DNA of 44,183 nucleotides from contig JASLZZ010000117.1 of assembly GCA_030754595.1 (NCBI GenBank), positions 1 through 44,183 of the forward strand, in the 5' to 3' direction. This document shows, in pieces, positions 30,843 to 40,966 of this stretch. Made by a program: the position numbers and the translations under genes. The notes under the pieces are model-generated. The model did not search any database. It saw only the letters and a program-made list of their open reading frames with translations, and was not told the origin of the DNA. The first letter of the stretch is position 1. Each line of letters begins with the position of its first letter. This stretch comes from Nitrospinota bacterium. Lineage in GTDB: Bacteria; UBA8248.

Positions 30843-33068
30843 GTGGGCAAGGAACTTTTGTTTGAAATCGGGTGCGAGGAGATCCCCTCCATCTACATGC
30901 CGGGCATGCTCGCTGCGCTCCGGGAGCGCGCCGGGGCGGCTTTCGAGGAAGCGCGCCTGGAATTTAGCGGCCTTTCCGTCTGCGGAACCCCGAGGCGGCT
31001 GGTGCTGCACGTCGCCGATCTCGCCGAGCAACAGGCCCCCTTGAGTGAGGAGCTTCTCGGACCGCCGGTCTCGGCGGCCTTCGATAAGGACGGCAACCCC
31101 ACCAGGGCGGCGCTGGGCTTCGCCAAAACGAACGGCGTCGATGTCTCCACTCTTGGACGAAAAGACACCCCCAAGGGCGAGCGGCTGATGTTTATGCGGG
31201 AGGATGAGGGACTACCGGTTACTGATGTTCTTGGATTTGCAATTCTTGGCGTTCTTATTATTCACCTCCCATCTCCAAAATCGATGAGATGGGGTAGCAG
31301 TACAAACACTTTTGTAAGGCCGATACATTGGTTACTTGCTTTATACGGCGGAAAGACTATTCAAAGATTAGGGGAGGGAATATTTGAAATGCTCAATTTC
31401 CCTCCTTTCGGCAACACTACCCGTGGCCACCGCTTCATGGCCCCCGAGCAATTTGAAGTCAAAGACTTCGCCGACTACCTCACTAAACTCCGGGCGCACA
31501 AGGTCGAGCCCATCGTGGACGACGGCGCGGGCGGGGGGCGGATTCCGCTCGTGCGCCGGGGGGTGGAGGAGGCTGCCGAGGTCGCGGGAGCCGCACTCGC
31601 GGCGAACGTCAAGGGGGTGGAGCGGCTCGTCGAGAAGGTAGCGCACCTCGTCGAGTGGCCGGTCCCGGTGACCTGCCGCTTCGAGGAGCGTTTTCTCGAT
31701 CTTCCCGAGGAGGTGATCATCACGACGCTTGAAGCGCATCAGCGCTGCTTCGCGCTCCGGAAAAAAGGGGGCGGCCCCCTCGCGGCGGAGTTCATCGGGG
31801 TGAGCAACACCGAGGCGAAGGACATGGCCGTCGTCGGAGAAGGTTATGCGCGCGTCGTCCGCGCGCGGCTCGAGGACGCGGAATTTTACTGGCGCCAGGA
31901 CCTCGAAACTCCGCTTGACGATATGGCCGAAAAACTCAAGGGCGTAGTCTATCACCCGCGCCTCGGGACGAGTTGGGAGAAGGTCGAGCGCTTCCGTGAG
32001 CTTGCCGCCTGGATCGCTGGGGAAATTTTTCCGGGGGACGAGTCGCTTCTCTCCCGCGTGGACGAGGCGGCCCGGCTCTCGAAGGCCGACCTCACGAGCG
32101 GGATGGTCTACGAGTTCCCCGAGCTACAGGGGCGAATGGGCAGCCGCTACGCCGAACGGGCCGGAATCGACCCTGAGGTGGCGCGGGCCGTCTTTGAGCA
32201 CTATCTTCCCAGGGGGGAGGGCGACGATCTTCCCTTGGGCGATGTGGGCGCGATCGTCGGCCTCGCCGACCGCATGGACACTCTGGCGGGAATGATAGGA
32301 CTGGGATATGTTCCCAGTGGATCGGAGGACCCGTATGCGCTGCGCAGGGCGGCGAATGCGGTGATTCGGGTCCTCCAGCGGGGCGGCTACAGACTCTCCC
32401 TCGCCGGTTGCGCGGAGCGGGCGATGGAACCGCTCCTCGAAAAATTCAAGGACGACAAGGAAATCGTCTTCGGGCGGCTGGCCGGGTTTTTGAGGAACCG
32501 CGTCGCGGCGGGTCTTTTGCGCGGCGGCGCGCGTGCCGACCTCGTCGAGGCGGTCCTCTCGTCGGGAGGGGGCGCGGGCTGGCACGATCCGGTGGACGCC
32601 GCCGCCCGACTCGGAGCCATCGAGACGATGGCGGCGAGCGCGGAAACCTTCGAGCCCCTGGCGACGACCTTCAAGCGGGTGAGCAACATCATCCGCCAGG
32701 CAGGGGAGGAGGCGCCGCCGGGCGACGGGGCTCCGGAATTTTCCGGGGGCCTGCTCGCGGACGAGGGCGAGCGCGCGCTGGCCGAGGCGATTGAGGGCTG
32801 CGCGGGCGAGATTGGAAAGCTCATGTTTCCCCTCCGGGAACTCCGGCGGGACGGGGAGGGGAGCCTTGGCCGCGCCTACGCGGGGGTGATGGAAAAAGTG
32901 ACCGCCCTCCGGCCCGCCGTGGACCGCTTTTTCGACGAGGTGCTGGTAATGGCCGAGGACGAAAAGCTGCGGCGAAACCGCCTGGCCCTCCTCGGCCGGG
33001 TCGGCGCCCTTTTCACGCCGGTGGCCGATTTCTCGAAAATTCAGGGGCGCCCGAAAGACTCGTCTTAA
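30843..33068 (+). CDS. glyS: Glycine--tRNA ligase beta subunit
   Basis: LLFEIGCEEIP, TPRRL, KSMRWG, MVYEFPELQG, DPYALRR, NRLALL. Confidence 0.96.
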   Translation: MGKELLFEIGCEEIPSIYMPGMLAALRERAGAAFEEARLEFSGLSVCGTPRRLVLHVADLAEQQAPLSEELLGPPVSAAFDKDGNPTRAALGFAKTNGVDVSTLGRKDTPKGERLMFMREDEGLPVTDVLGFAILGVLIIHLPSPKSMRWGSSTNTFVRPIHWLLALYGGKTIQRLGEGIFEMLNFPPFGNTTRGHRFMAPEQFEVKDFADYLTKLRAHKVEPIVDDGAGGGRIPLVRRGVEEAAEVAGAALAANVKGVERLVEKVAHLVEWPVPVTCRFEERFLDLPEEVIITTLEAHQRCFALRKKGGGPLAAEFIGVSNTEAKDMAVVGEGYARVVRARLEDAEFYWRQDLETPLDDMAEKLKGVVYHPRLGTSWEKVERFRELAAWIAGEIFPGDESLLSRVDEAARLSKADLTSGMVYEFPELQGRMGSRYAERAGIDPEVARAVFEHYLPRGEGDDLPLGDVGAIVGLADRMDTLAGMIGLGYVPSGSEDPYALRRAANAVIRVLQRGGYRLSLAGCAERAMEPLLEKFKDDKEIVFGRLAGFLRNRVAAGLLRGGARADLVEAVLSSGGGAGWHDPVDAAARLGAIETMAASAETFEPLATTFKRVSNIIRQAGEEAPPGDGAPEFSGGLLADEGERALAEAIEGCAGEIGKLMFPLRELRRDGEGSLGRAYAGVMEKVTALRPAVDRFFDEVLVMAEDEKLRRNRLALLGRVGALFTPVADFSKIQGRPKDSS

Positions 33069-33155
33069 GGTCTCATCTTGATTCACCCGCCCCGCCCGCC
33101 CAGGCGGAGGCGCAATTTAAATATGCTCTATCGTTGAGCAGGAGGGTTGTTTGAA

Positions 33156-35870
33156 ATGGCGGATAAGTGGATCTACGCATTCGGGGCGGGAAAAACCGAG
33201 GGGAACGCTTCGATGCGCGAACAACTCGGCGGCAAGGGAGCGAACCTCGCCGAGATGGTGAGCCTTGAAATTCCGGTTCCCCCCGGATTCACGCTGACGA
33301 CCGGATGTTGTGTGGATTATCTCGGGTCGAATGAATTTCCCGCCGGGGTGTGGGAGGGCGTATTGGGGCAGATGGAGCGCCTCGAGAAAGCGATGGGAGC
33401 GAAGTTCGGCGGGGACGAGAATCCGCTTCTCGTCAGCGTCCGCTCGGGCGCGCGGGATTCGATGCCCGGGATGATGGATACGGTTCTCAACCTGGGGCTG
33501 AACGACGTCACCGTGGCCGCGCTCGAGCGAAAAAGCGGGAACCGCCGGTTCGCCTTCGACAGCTACCGCCGTTTCATCAACATGTTCGGGAACGTCGTCC
33601 TCGAAATGGAACATTCCGATTTCGAGCCGCTGATCGAAGCGATGAAAAACAACCGCGGAGTATCGAGCGACGTCGAGCTCTCGGCCGACGATTTGGCCGA
33701 GCTGACGAAACAATACGACGCCCTCGTCAAGGAAAAGACAGGCTCCGCCTTTCCCCAGGACCCCGTCGAGCAGCTTCGCCTCGCCATCGAGGCGGTGTTC
33801 AAGTCCTGGAACAACGAGCGGGCGGTCGCCTACCGGCGCCTCTACTCGATTCCCCGCACGTGGGGAACAGCGGTGAACGTGCAGTGCATGGTTTATGGAA
33901 ACATGGGCGAGGACTGCGTGACGGGGGTGGCTTTCTCCCGGGATCCCTCTACGGGCGAGAAGGCGCTCTACGGAGAGATACTGTTCAACGCCCAGGGCGA
34001 GGATGTCGTAGCAGGAATCCGCACCCCCGAGCCCATTTCGGTGCTCAAGGAGCGCATGCCCGAGTGTTTCGCCCGGTTCGAGGAGATTTCCGCCCGCCTC
34101 GATGTCCACTACAATGACATGCAGGACATGGAGTTCACCATCCAGAACGGCCGTCTCTTCATGCTCCAGACCCGGAACGGCAAGCGAACCGCCCGGGCCG
34201 CCGTACGGATCGCGGTCGAGTTGGTCGCCGAGGGGCGCATCGACAGGGAAACGGCGGTTACCCGCGTGGACGCGGACAGCCTCGATCAACTCCTCCACCC
34301 GGCGATCGACATGGACGGAGGAGTAGACGTGATCGCGACCGGGCTCGCCGCCTCGCCGGGAGCCGCAGTCGGGAAAGTCGTCTTCACGGCCGCCGAAGCC
34401 GTCGCCCAGGTTAAGGCTGCCGAGGCTGCCGCCGAGGCCGCCGCCGAGGCCGAGGACGACGAGGCTGCCGCCGAGGCCAGGGACGACGGGGCCGTTATCC
34501 TGGTGCGCCTGGAGACGAGCCCCGAGGACATTATGGGGATGAACGTCGCCCAGGGAATCCTCACCGCGCGAGGCGGGCTCACCTCGCACGCCGCCGTCGT
34601 CGCCCGCCAGATGGGCAAGTGCTGCGTCGCCGGATGCAGCGCTCTCAACGTTCAGGCGGGCGAGAAGACCATCGAGACCAACGGCCACCTCATCAAAGAG
34701 GGCGACTGGATATCGCTCAACGGCAATTCGGGCGATGTTATCCTCGGCCAGGCCAATCTCAAACAGCCCGAGGTGGCCGGAGATTTTTCGACGCTGATGG
34801 AATGGGCCGACGATATCCGCACCCTGGGGGTGCGGGCCAACGCCGATACCGTGGCCGACAGCGAGGCCGCACTCAAATACGGCTGCGAGGGAATCGGCTT
34901 GTGCCGCACCGAGCACATGTTCTTCGAGGAGGACCGCATCGGCCACGTCCGGGCGATGATCCTCGCCGAGACCGAGGCGGGCCGGCGCGAGGCGCTCTCC
35001 CACCTGCTTCCCTTCCAGCGGGGCGATTTCATCGGCCTCTTCGAGGTGATGGGCGAGCGCCCGGTAACGATACGCCTCCTCGATCCGCCGCTCCACGAGT
35101 TCCTGCCCAAGACCCTCCACGATATGGAGCAGGTCGCCTCCCTTCTCGGCATCAGCGTCGAGGGCGTGCGCCATGCCACCGAGATCCACAAGGAGCAAAA
35201 TCCGATGCTGGGCCACCGTGGCTGCCGCCTCGTGGTCACCTATCCCGAAATTTGCGAGATGCAGGCCCGCGCCATCACCGAGGCGGCCTGCGAGATGAAA
35301 AAACGGGGGGTCTCGGCGTTCCCCGAAATCATGGTTCCGCTCACGGCAGGCGAGGCCGAGTGGGAGTTCAACCGCAATATCGTCGCCGAGACCGCCAAAA
35401 AGGTGATGGCCGAGCAGGGCGTCGAGATCCGCTACCTGGTGGGAACCATGATCGAGATTCCCCGGGCCTGTCTCCGCGCCGGGCAGATCGCCGAGACGGC
35501 CGAGTTTTTCAGCTTCGGCACGAACGATCTCACCCAGATGACCTACGGACTCAGCCGCGACGACGCCGGGCAGTTTCTCCCCGAGTACCTCGAAAAAAAT
35601 CTAATTTTACGCGACCCCTTCGTCGCCGTGGACCGCGAGGGCGTGGGCGAGATGGTGGAAATCGGAATCGAGCGCGGAAGGAGCGTTAGGCCCAACATCG
35701 AGGTGGGCATCTGCGGAGAGCACGGCGGCGAACCCACCTCGGTGGAGTTTTGCCATCTCGTGAAAATGGATTATGTCTCCTGCGCCCCGCCGCGCGGGCC
35801 GGTTGCGCGGCTCGCCGCCGCCCAGGCCACCATCGCTCACGGCGCCTACAAAACGGCCGAGATCCACTGA
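33156..35870 (+). CDS. ppdK: Pyruvate, phosphate dikinase
   Basis: LGGKGANLAEM, SVRSGA, MPGMMDTVLNLG, phospho-His GGLTSHAAVVAR, GTNDLTQ, GICGEHGG. Confidence 0.97.
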   Translation: MADKWIYAFGAGKTEGNASMREQLGGKGANLAEMVSLEIPVPPGFTLTTGCCVDYLGSNEFPAGVWEGVLGQMERLEKAMGAKFGGDENPLLVSVRSGARDSMPGMMDTVLNLGLNDVTVAALERKSGNRRFAFDSYRRFINMFGNVVLEMEHSDFEPLIEAMKNNRGVSSDVELSADDLAELTKQYDALVKEKTGSAFPQDPVEQLRLAIEAVFKSWNNERAVAYRRLYSIPRTWGTAVNVQCMVYGNMGEDCVTGVAFSRDPSTGEKALYGEILFNAQGEDVVAGIRTPEPISVLKERMPECFARFEEISARLDVHYNDMQDMEFTIQNGRLFMLQTRNGKRTARAAVRIAVELVAEGRIDRETAVTRVDADSLDQLLHPAIDMDGGVDVIATGLAASPGAAVGKVVFTAAEAVAQVKAAEAAAEAAAEAEDDEAAAEARDDGAVILVRLETSPEDIMGMNVAQGILTARGGLTSHAAVVARQMGKCCVAGCSALNVQAGEKTIETNGHLIKEGDWISLNGNSGDVILGQANLKQPEVAGDFSTLMEWADDIRTLGVRANADTVADSEAALKYGCEGIGLCRTEHMFFEEDRIGHVRAMILAETEAGRREALSHLLPFQRGDFIGLFEVMGERPVTIRLLDPPLHEFLPKTLHDMEQVASLLGISVEGVRHATEIHKEQNPMLGHRGCRLVVTYPEICEMQARAITEAACEMKKRGVSAFPEIMVPLTAGEAEWEFNRNIVAETAKKVMAEQGVEIRYLVGTMIEIPRACLRAGQIAETAEFFSFGTNDLTQMTYGLSRDDAGQFLPEYLEKNLILRDPFVAVDREGVGEMVEIGIERGRSVRPNIEVGICGEHGGEPTSVEFCHLVKMDYVSCAPPRGPVARLAAAQATIAHGAYKTAEIH

Positions 35871-35894
35871 TCCGAGACCCCGCGGGGAAAAACG

Positions 35895-37064
35895 GTGAAC
35901 GCTGAATACGAGGAGGCCGGCCGCCACTGGATGGCGGAAGCGATCTCCCTCGCCCGGCGAGGCGCGGGGAGAACCAGCCCCAACCCCCTCGTCGGAGCGG
36001 TGGTGGTCGGTCCGGACGGGAAGGCTGCGGGCCGCGGATGGCACGAGCGGGCCGGCTCCTCCCACGCCGAAGTCATCGCCCTCAAGGAGGCCGGCGGCCT
36101 CGCCTGGGGCGGCACCCTCTACATCAATCTCGAGCCCTGCGCTCACCGGGGGAAGACCCCTCCCTGCGCCCCCGCCGTTGTGGAAGCGGGGATCGCCCGG
36201 GTTGTCGCCGCTCTCGAGGACCCGGACCCGCGTGTCGCCGGCAAGGGATTCCGTATTCTCGAGGAGGGCGGTGTGCCGGTCGAAACGGGCCTTCTCGCCC
36301 GCGAGGCGGCCCGGCTGAACGAGGCCTTCATCACCTCGATCGAAGAAGGCCGCCCCTTTGTCACCCTAAAAATGGCGATGAGCTTGGACGGGCGGATCGC
36401 CGCCGCCTCGGGCGAGAACCGCTGGATCACCGGAGAGCCCGCCCGCGCGTGGGCCCACAATTTCCGCGACCGGGTGGACGCCATTCTCGTCGGGGTGGAA
36501 ACCCTGCTCAAGGACGATCCCCTCCTTACAGCGCGCCCTGAAGGAAAGGTGGGCAAACCCTTAATTCGCGTTGTCTTAGATTCTCGTCTCAGGGCGCCGA
36601 AAGAGGCGCGCGCGTTGCCTCCGGATCGGGGCGTTGCTACAATCGTCGTCGCTCTCGCGGGTGGTGACTCTTCGCGAGCGGTTGAATTGGAAAAGGCGGG
36701 GGCCGAAATTGTTTTTACCGAAGCCGGCCCCGGTGGGCGGGTTGCTTTGGCCCCTTTGCTTGAAACCCTTGGGGACCGGGGCGTTCGTCATCTTCTCGTC
36801 GAGGGCGGGGGCCAAGTGCATGGCTCATTCCTGAGACAAGGGCTGGCCGATAGGGTGATGGCTTTTATCGCCCCCATGATCATCGGGGACGATTCGGCCC
36901 CCGGGGCGGTGTCCGGGGGGCTCGGCTTATCGCTGGGCGAGGCCCCGAGATTATCTCATCTTGAATATGAGATAATTGGCCAAGACGTATTGATTCAAGG
37001 CTACTTAAATGGTCCGGTATGGGCGAAATACCAGGATGTTCCGGAGGAAAGTTCCGATGTTTAG
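35895..37064 (+). CDS. ribD: Bifunctional diaminohydroxyphosphoribosylaminopyrimidine deaminase/reductase
   Basis: [34 protein letters not shown]. Confidence 0.95.
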   Translation: MNAEYEEAGRHWMAEAISLARRGAGRTSPNPLVGAVVVGPDGKAAGRGWHERAGSSHAEVIALKEAGGLAWGGTLYINLEPCAHRGKTPPCAPAVVEAGIARVVAALEDPDPRVAGKGFRILEEGGVPVETGLLAREAARLNEAFITSIEEGRPFVTLKMAMSLDGRIAAASGENRWITGEPARAWAHNFRDRVDAILVGVETLLKDDPLLTARPEGKVGKPLIRVVLDSRLRAPKEARALPPDRGVATIVVALAGGDSSRAVELEKAGAEIVFTEAGPGGRVALAPLLETLGDRGVRHLLVEGGGQVHGSFLRQGLADRVMAFIAPMIIGDDSAPGAVSGGLGLSLGEAPRLSHLEYEIIGQDVLIQGYLNGPVWAKYQDVPEESSDV

Positions 37065-37713
37065 CGGAATCATCGAAACCGTTGGCCGGGTTCGCACCGT
37101 TCGCTCCGGCGAGGGGGGCGCCCGAATCGCCATCGAGGCGGGCGGGCTTCTCGACGGGGTGAAACTGGGCGATTCGATCTCGATCAACGGGGCGTGCATG
37201 ACGGTGGTGGAATTCGCCGGCCCGGTGTTCGAGGCCGACGTCTCGCCCGAAAGCCTCCGGATGACCAATCTCGGCGGCCTGAAGGCGGGAGACGGGGTGA
37301 ACCTCGAGCGTGCCCTGGCCCTTGGGGACCGCCTGGGCGGCCACATGGTGACGGGCCACATCGACGGCCTGGGCGAGATCAGGAGGCGAATGGCGGATGG
37401 CGATTCCATCTGGCTGACAGTCGCGGCGCCGCCCGAGGTGATGCGCTATATCGTGTTCAAGGGCTCGGTCGCAGTGGACGGCATCAGCCTGACGGTGGCG
37501 GCCTGCGATGAGGACTCGTTTTCGATTGCGATCATCCCACACACCAGCGAGGCGACGACCCTTACCGAAAAAAAAGACGGGGAGGCGGTGAATCTCGAGG
37601 CCGATCTGATCGGAAAATACGTGGAAAAACTCCTCGACCCCCATTCCCGGGCCCGCGCGGCCGGAGGCGGCGGGGTTTCCCTCGATAAGCTGAAAGAGCA
37701 CGGCTATGCCTGA
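37057..37713 (+). CDS. ribE: Riboflavin synthase (alpha chain; ribC in E. coli nomenclature)
   Basis: [38 protein letters not shown]. Confidence 0.95.
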   Translation: MFSGIIETVGRVRTVRSGEGGARIAIEAGGLLDGVKLGDSISINGACMTVVEFAGPVFEADVSPESLRMTNLGGLKAGDGVNLERALALGDRLGGHMVTGHIDGLGEIRRRMADGDSIWLTVAAPPEVMRYIVFKGSVAVDGISLTVAACDEDSFSIAIIPHTSEATTLTEKKDGEAVNLEADLIGKYVEKLLDPHSRARAAGGGGVSLDKLKEHGYA

Positions 37714-38893
37714 AACCGCGGCCGGCGGCGAAAAGAAAAGTAACTTCTCCTCCATCAGCGAGGCCATCGGGGACCTCCGCGAGGGCCGGATCGTGATTCT
37801 CGTCGATGACGAGGACCGCGAGAACGAGGGCGATTTCGTGATGGCGGCCGAGAAGGTCACGCCCGAGGCGATTAACTTCATGACAAAAGAGGGGCGGGGG
37901 CTCGTCTGCCTGTCGGTCACGCCCGAGCGGGTCGAAACCTTGGGCCTGCCCATGATGGTGGACCGCTTCCAGAACGGCTCCCGCTTCGGCACCCCCTTTA
38001 CGGTCTCTATCGAGGCCCGCGACGGCGTGACCACCGGCATCAGCGCCTTCGACCGCGCCCACACGATTCAGACCGCCATCCGGCCCGGCGCCGGCCCGCC
38101 GGATCTCGTCACACCCGGCCATATTTTCCCCCTCCGCGCCCGCCCGGGCGGCGTACTCCGCCGCGCGGGGCACACCGAGGGGGCAGTGGATCTCGCCCGC
38201 CTCGCCGGGCTCGATCCCTCGGGAGTGATATGCGAGGTCATGAAAGAGGATGGCTCCATGTCCCGGCTTCCGGACCTCGAAAAGGTCGCTGAGGCCCATA
38301 ACCTCTCCATCGTAACCATCAAGGACCTGATCGCCTACCGGATGCAGCACGAGCGCCTCATCGAACGCGCCGAGGAGGTGCTCCTGCCCACGCCCTACGG
38401 CGAGTTTCGGGCGACCGTCTACCGGAACCGGACGAGCGGACGTCTTCACTTCGCTCTCTCGATGGGAAAGGTCGATACCGAGGAGCCTGTCCTTGTCCGC
38501 GTCCAACCCGCCCTCGGCGTGTTGGATCTGTTCAACCTCCTTCGGTCGGATTGCACGGATCGAATCAGGTACGCTCTCGCCGCCATCCAGAAAGAGGGCC
38601 GGGGGGTGCTCGTCTACCTTCAGTCGGATACGATGGGCGGCGCCTCTTCCCAGGTGGAGGAAACCGGGCGGGAGGTGCTTCCCCGCTCGGGGCCGATATC
38701 CCGGCTCCGCGAATATGGAATCGGCGCTCAGATTCTGGTGGACCTGGGCGTGAAACGGATACGGATCATGTCCAACGAGCAGCCCCGCATCGTTGCGTTG
38801 GAGGGATACGGGCTTCATCTCGAAGGAAGCGTCGCCCTCGAGCGGGAGGCCCCCCTGCCTTCCATCATGAAATCGAAATCGGAGCAGGGCTGA
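37706..38893 (+). CDS. ribB: DHBP synthase fused to a degenerate GTP cyclohydrolase II domain (RibBX-type)
   Basis: [24 protein letters not shown] intact; the C-terminal domain has [12 protein letters not shown] in place of RVHSECLTGD. Confidence 0.88.
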   Translation: MPETAAGGEKKSNFSSISEAIGDLREGRIVILVDDEDRENEGDFVMAAEKVTPEAINFMTKEGRGLVCLSVTPERVETLGLPMMVDRFQNGSRFGTPFTVSIEARDGVTTGISAFDRAHTIQTAIRPGAGPPDLVTPGHIFPLRARPGGVLRRAGHTEGAVDLARLAGLDPSGVICEVMKEDGSMSRLPDLEKVAEAHNLSIVTIKDLIAYRMQHERLIERAEEVLLPTPYGEFRATVYRNRTSGRLHFALSMGKVDTEEPVLVRVQPALGVLDLFNLLRSDCTDRIRYALAAIQKEGRGVLVYLQSDTMGGASSQVEETGREVLPRSGPISRLREYGIGAQILVDLGVKRIRIMSNEQPRIVALEGYGLHLEGSVALEREAPLPSIMKSKSEQG

Positions 38894-38920
38894 AACCGGG
38901 AACCATTTGCGGAGAGAGAT

Positions 38921-39427
38921 TTGAGCCAGATATTCGAAGGCACCTTGGACGGACGCGGGCTCAGGGCCGGAATCGTCGCCTCGCGCTTCAACGAATTTAT
39001 TGTCGAAAGCCTCGTCAAGGGCGCCAAGAGGGGATTCCGCATGTGCGGCGTCCCGGAGAGCTCGGTGGACCTGGCCTATGTGCCCGGCTCGCTTGAACTG
39101 GCCCTCGCCGCGCGGACCATGGCGGACTCGGGAAACTACGATGCCCTGGTGTGCGTCGGTTGCGTGATCAGAGGGGCCACCTCGCATTATGATCTCGTCT
39201 GCTCCGAGACGGCCAAAGGGGTTTCGCAGGTCGCGGCCCATACCGGGATTCCCGTAATCTTTGCCGTCGTGACCACCGAAACGATCGAGCAGGCCATCGA
39301 GCGCTCGGGCTCGAAAGCCGGAAACAAGGGGTACGACGGTGCGCTGGCCGCCGTCGAGATGGCGACCCTCGCGAGGGGGCTCACCCTTGGGAAGGGGCCC
39401 AAGAAGGGCCGCCGGCCGAAAAAATGA
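38921..39427 (+). CDS. ribH: 6,7-dimethyl-8-ribityllumazine synthase
   Basis: SRFNEFI, VPGSLE, GCVIRGATSHYD, QAIERSGSKAGNKG. Confidence 0.95.
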   Translation: MSQIFEGTLDGRGLRAGIVASRFNEFIVESLVKGAKRGFRMCGVPESSVDLAYVPGSLELALAARTMADSGNYDALVCVGCVIRGATSHYDLVCSETAKGVSQVAAHTGIPVIFAVVTTETIEQAIERSGSKAGNKGYDGALAAVEMATLARGLTLGKGPKKGRRPKK

Positions 39428-39449
39428 TTGTCCGGGAAAGGAATTTTTC

Positions 39450-39860
39450 ATGAACGGGCGGCGCGAGTCGCGGGAACTGGCGTTTCAGCTTCTCTACCAC
39501 CTCGACCTGATAAAAGGGGAGATGGACAAGGAGACCGAGCATTTCTGGGAGATCAACGGCGACAAGGCCGCTCTGAAGCCGTTCGCGGACCGTCTGGTGT
39601 GCAAGGTTCTGTGCAATCTCGGCGAAATCGACCGTCTCATCTCAGGAGCGAGCAATCGTTGGACGCTCAAACGGATGGATTCGGTCTCGCGCTCTCTTCT
39701 TCGCCTCGGCGCTTGTGAAATCCTCCATTTCCCCGAAACGCCGCCCGAGGTGGCCATCAACGAGACGGTTGAGCTGGCCAAACGCTTCGGCTCCGAGGAT
39801 ACGCCCGGATTCGTCAACGGTATTCTGGACCGCCTCCATCAGGAAGAGACCCCCGTTTAA
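39450..39860 (+). CDS. nusB: Transcription antitermination factor NusB
   Basis: RRESRELAFQLLY, VAINETVELAKRFG, FVNGILD. Confidence 0.95.
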   Translation: MNGRRESRELAFQLLYHLDLIKGEMDKETEHFWEINGDKAALKPFADRLVCKVLCNLGEIDRLISGASNRWTLKRMDSVSRSLLRLGACEILHFPETPPEVAINETVELAKRFGSEDTPGFVNGILDRLHQEETPV

Positions 39861-39861
39861 A

Positions 39862-40416
39862 GTGATTCGGCTTCGAATCGACCCCCAACCCCTGGAAACC
39901 GCCTCCTGCATCGTCACGGTATCGATGTTCGCCGAGGAAGATATTCCCCTGGCCGGGGTGCCGGGGCGAATCGACGGCCTTCTCAGCGGGCAGGCCAGCC
40001 ACCAGATCGCGGAGGGCCGCCTCACCGGCGCATGGGGGTCCCAGGCGCTTCTCGCCACAAGGGGGCGTCTCGAATCCGATTATGTCTTGTTCGCCGGCCT
40101 GGGTTCCGTGAAAAAAATCACGGCTCCCACCATCGCCGTCCGGACCGAGGAAATCGTCCAGCGGGTGCTTAAGTTGTCGGCCTCCACCCTGGCGATGCCG
40201 GTATTCCAGCCGTCCGGCCCCCGGGCCAAGTACGAGCGCCTGGCCTCAGAGACCGTGAACGGGGCGTTGCGGGGAGGGGATAATTTTCCTTACGATATCG
40301 ACATTACCGTTTGCGAGCCGGACCCGTCGCGGTACAATGCTCTAGTAGCCGTCGCCGAAAGATGCGCATTCCGCCGAGCAGAGGGCAGGGAACTATCCGT
40401 CGAAATTATCGTATGA
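39862..40416 (+). CDS. Stand-alone peptidase M17 N-terminal-like domain protein
   Basis: F.EDxPLxG..GRIDxLLSG..G..G..LL..VLFAGLG pattern; no catalytic domain. Confidence 0.6.
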   Translation: MIRLRIDPQPLETASCIVTVSMFAEEDIPLAGVPGRIDGLLSGQASHQIAEGRLTGAWGSQALLATRGRLESDYVLFAGLGSVKKITAPTIAVRTEEIVQRVLKLSASTLAMPVFQPSGPRAKYERLASETVNGALRGGDNFPYDIDITVCEPDPSRYNALVAVAERCAFRRAEGRELSVEIIV

Positions 40417-40964
40417 ATCCCAAATCGAACGCGGCCCGGACTCTCGGGCGCAGGCCGTTTTTGAGAGCGGCCCTGGCGCTCGCGCTCTCCGCGGTGGCCG
40501 GGTGCGGTTATTTCCTCGTGGGTACATCCAACCCTGAAAACCTCAAGGGCGCGCGGTCAATCAACATTTCCATATTCCGGAATGAATCGAGCGAGCCGAA
40601 CCTCGGCTTCGTCATGGCGGAGGCAACCCGGAACCGCTTCGTGAACGACGGCCGCCTGCGGGTGGTGGATTCGGGTCGCGCGGAAATCGTCCTTGACGGC
40701 GTGGTCCGCGAATACCGGCTCGATCCGATCGGATTCAGCAGTAGCGATCAGGTCCAGCGCTACCGGGTGTTCGTCAAGACCTCCGTACGGCTGCGCGATT
40801 TGCGGAGCGGGAAAAATATCCTGCTTCAGGATATTGAATCTGAATCCGAGTTCGATGTTGAGAGTACGGTCTCGGGCAGCGCCGAGAACCGAGATGAAAC
40901 AAATAAAAAAGCGGCTTCCTTCTTCTCCGAGGAAGTGCTGAGCCTGATCCTGGAGGGTTTCTAG
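40413..40964 (+). CDS. lptE: LptE family lipoprotein
   Basis: Lipobox VAGC followed by GY; FRNESSEP; located directly upstream of holA. Confidence 0.8.
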   Translation: MNPKSNAARTLGRRPFLRAALALALSAVAGCGYFLVGTSNPENLKGARSINISIFRNESSEPNLGFVMAEATRNRFVNDGRLRVVDSGRAEIVLDGVVREYRLDPIGFSSSDQVQRYRVFVKTSVRLRDLRSGKNILLQDIESESEFDVESTVSGSAENRDETNKKAASFFSEEVLSLILEGF

Positions 40965-40966
40965 GG

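Noticed and set aside
35871..35894. FMN riboswitch ahead of the rib genes
   Set aside because: Only 24 bp separate ppdK and ribD; no room and no motif
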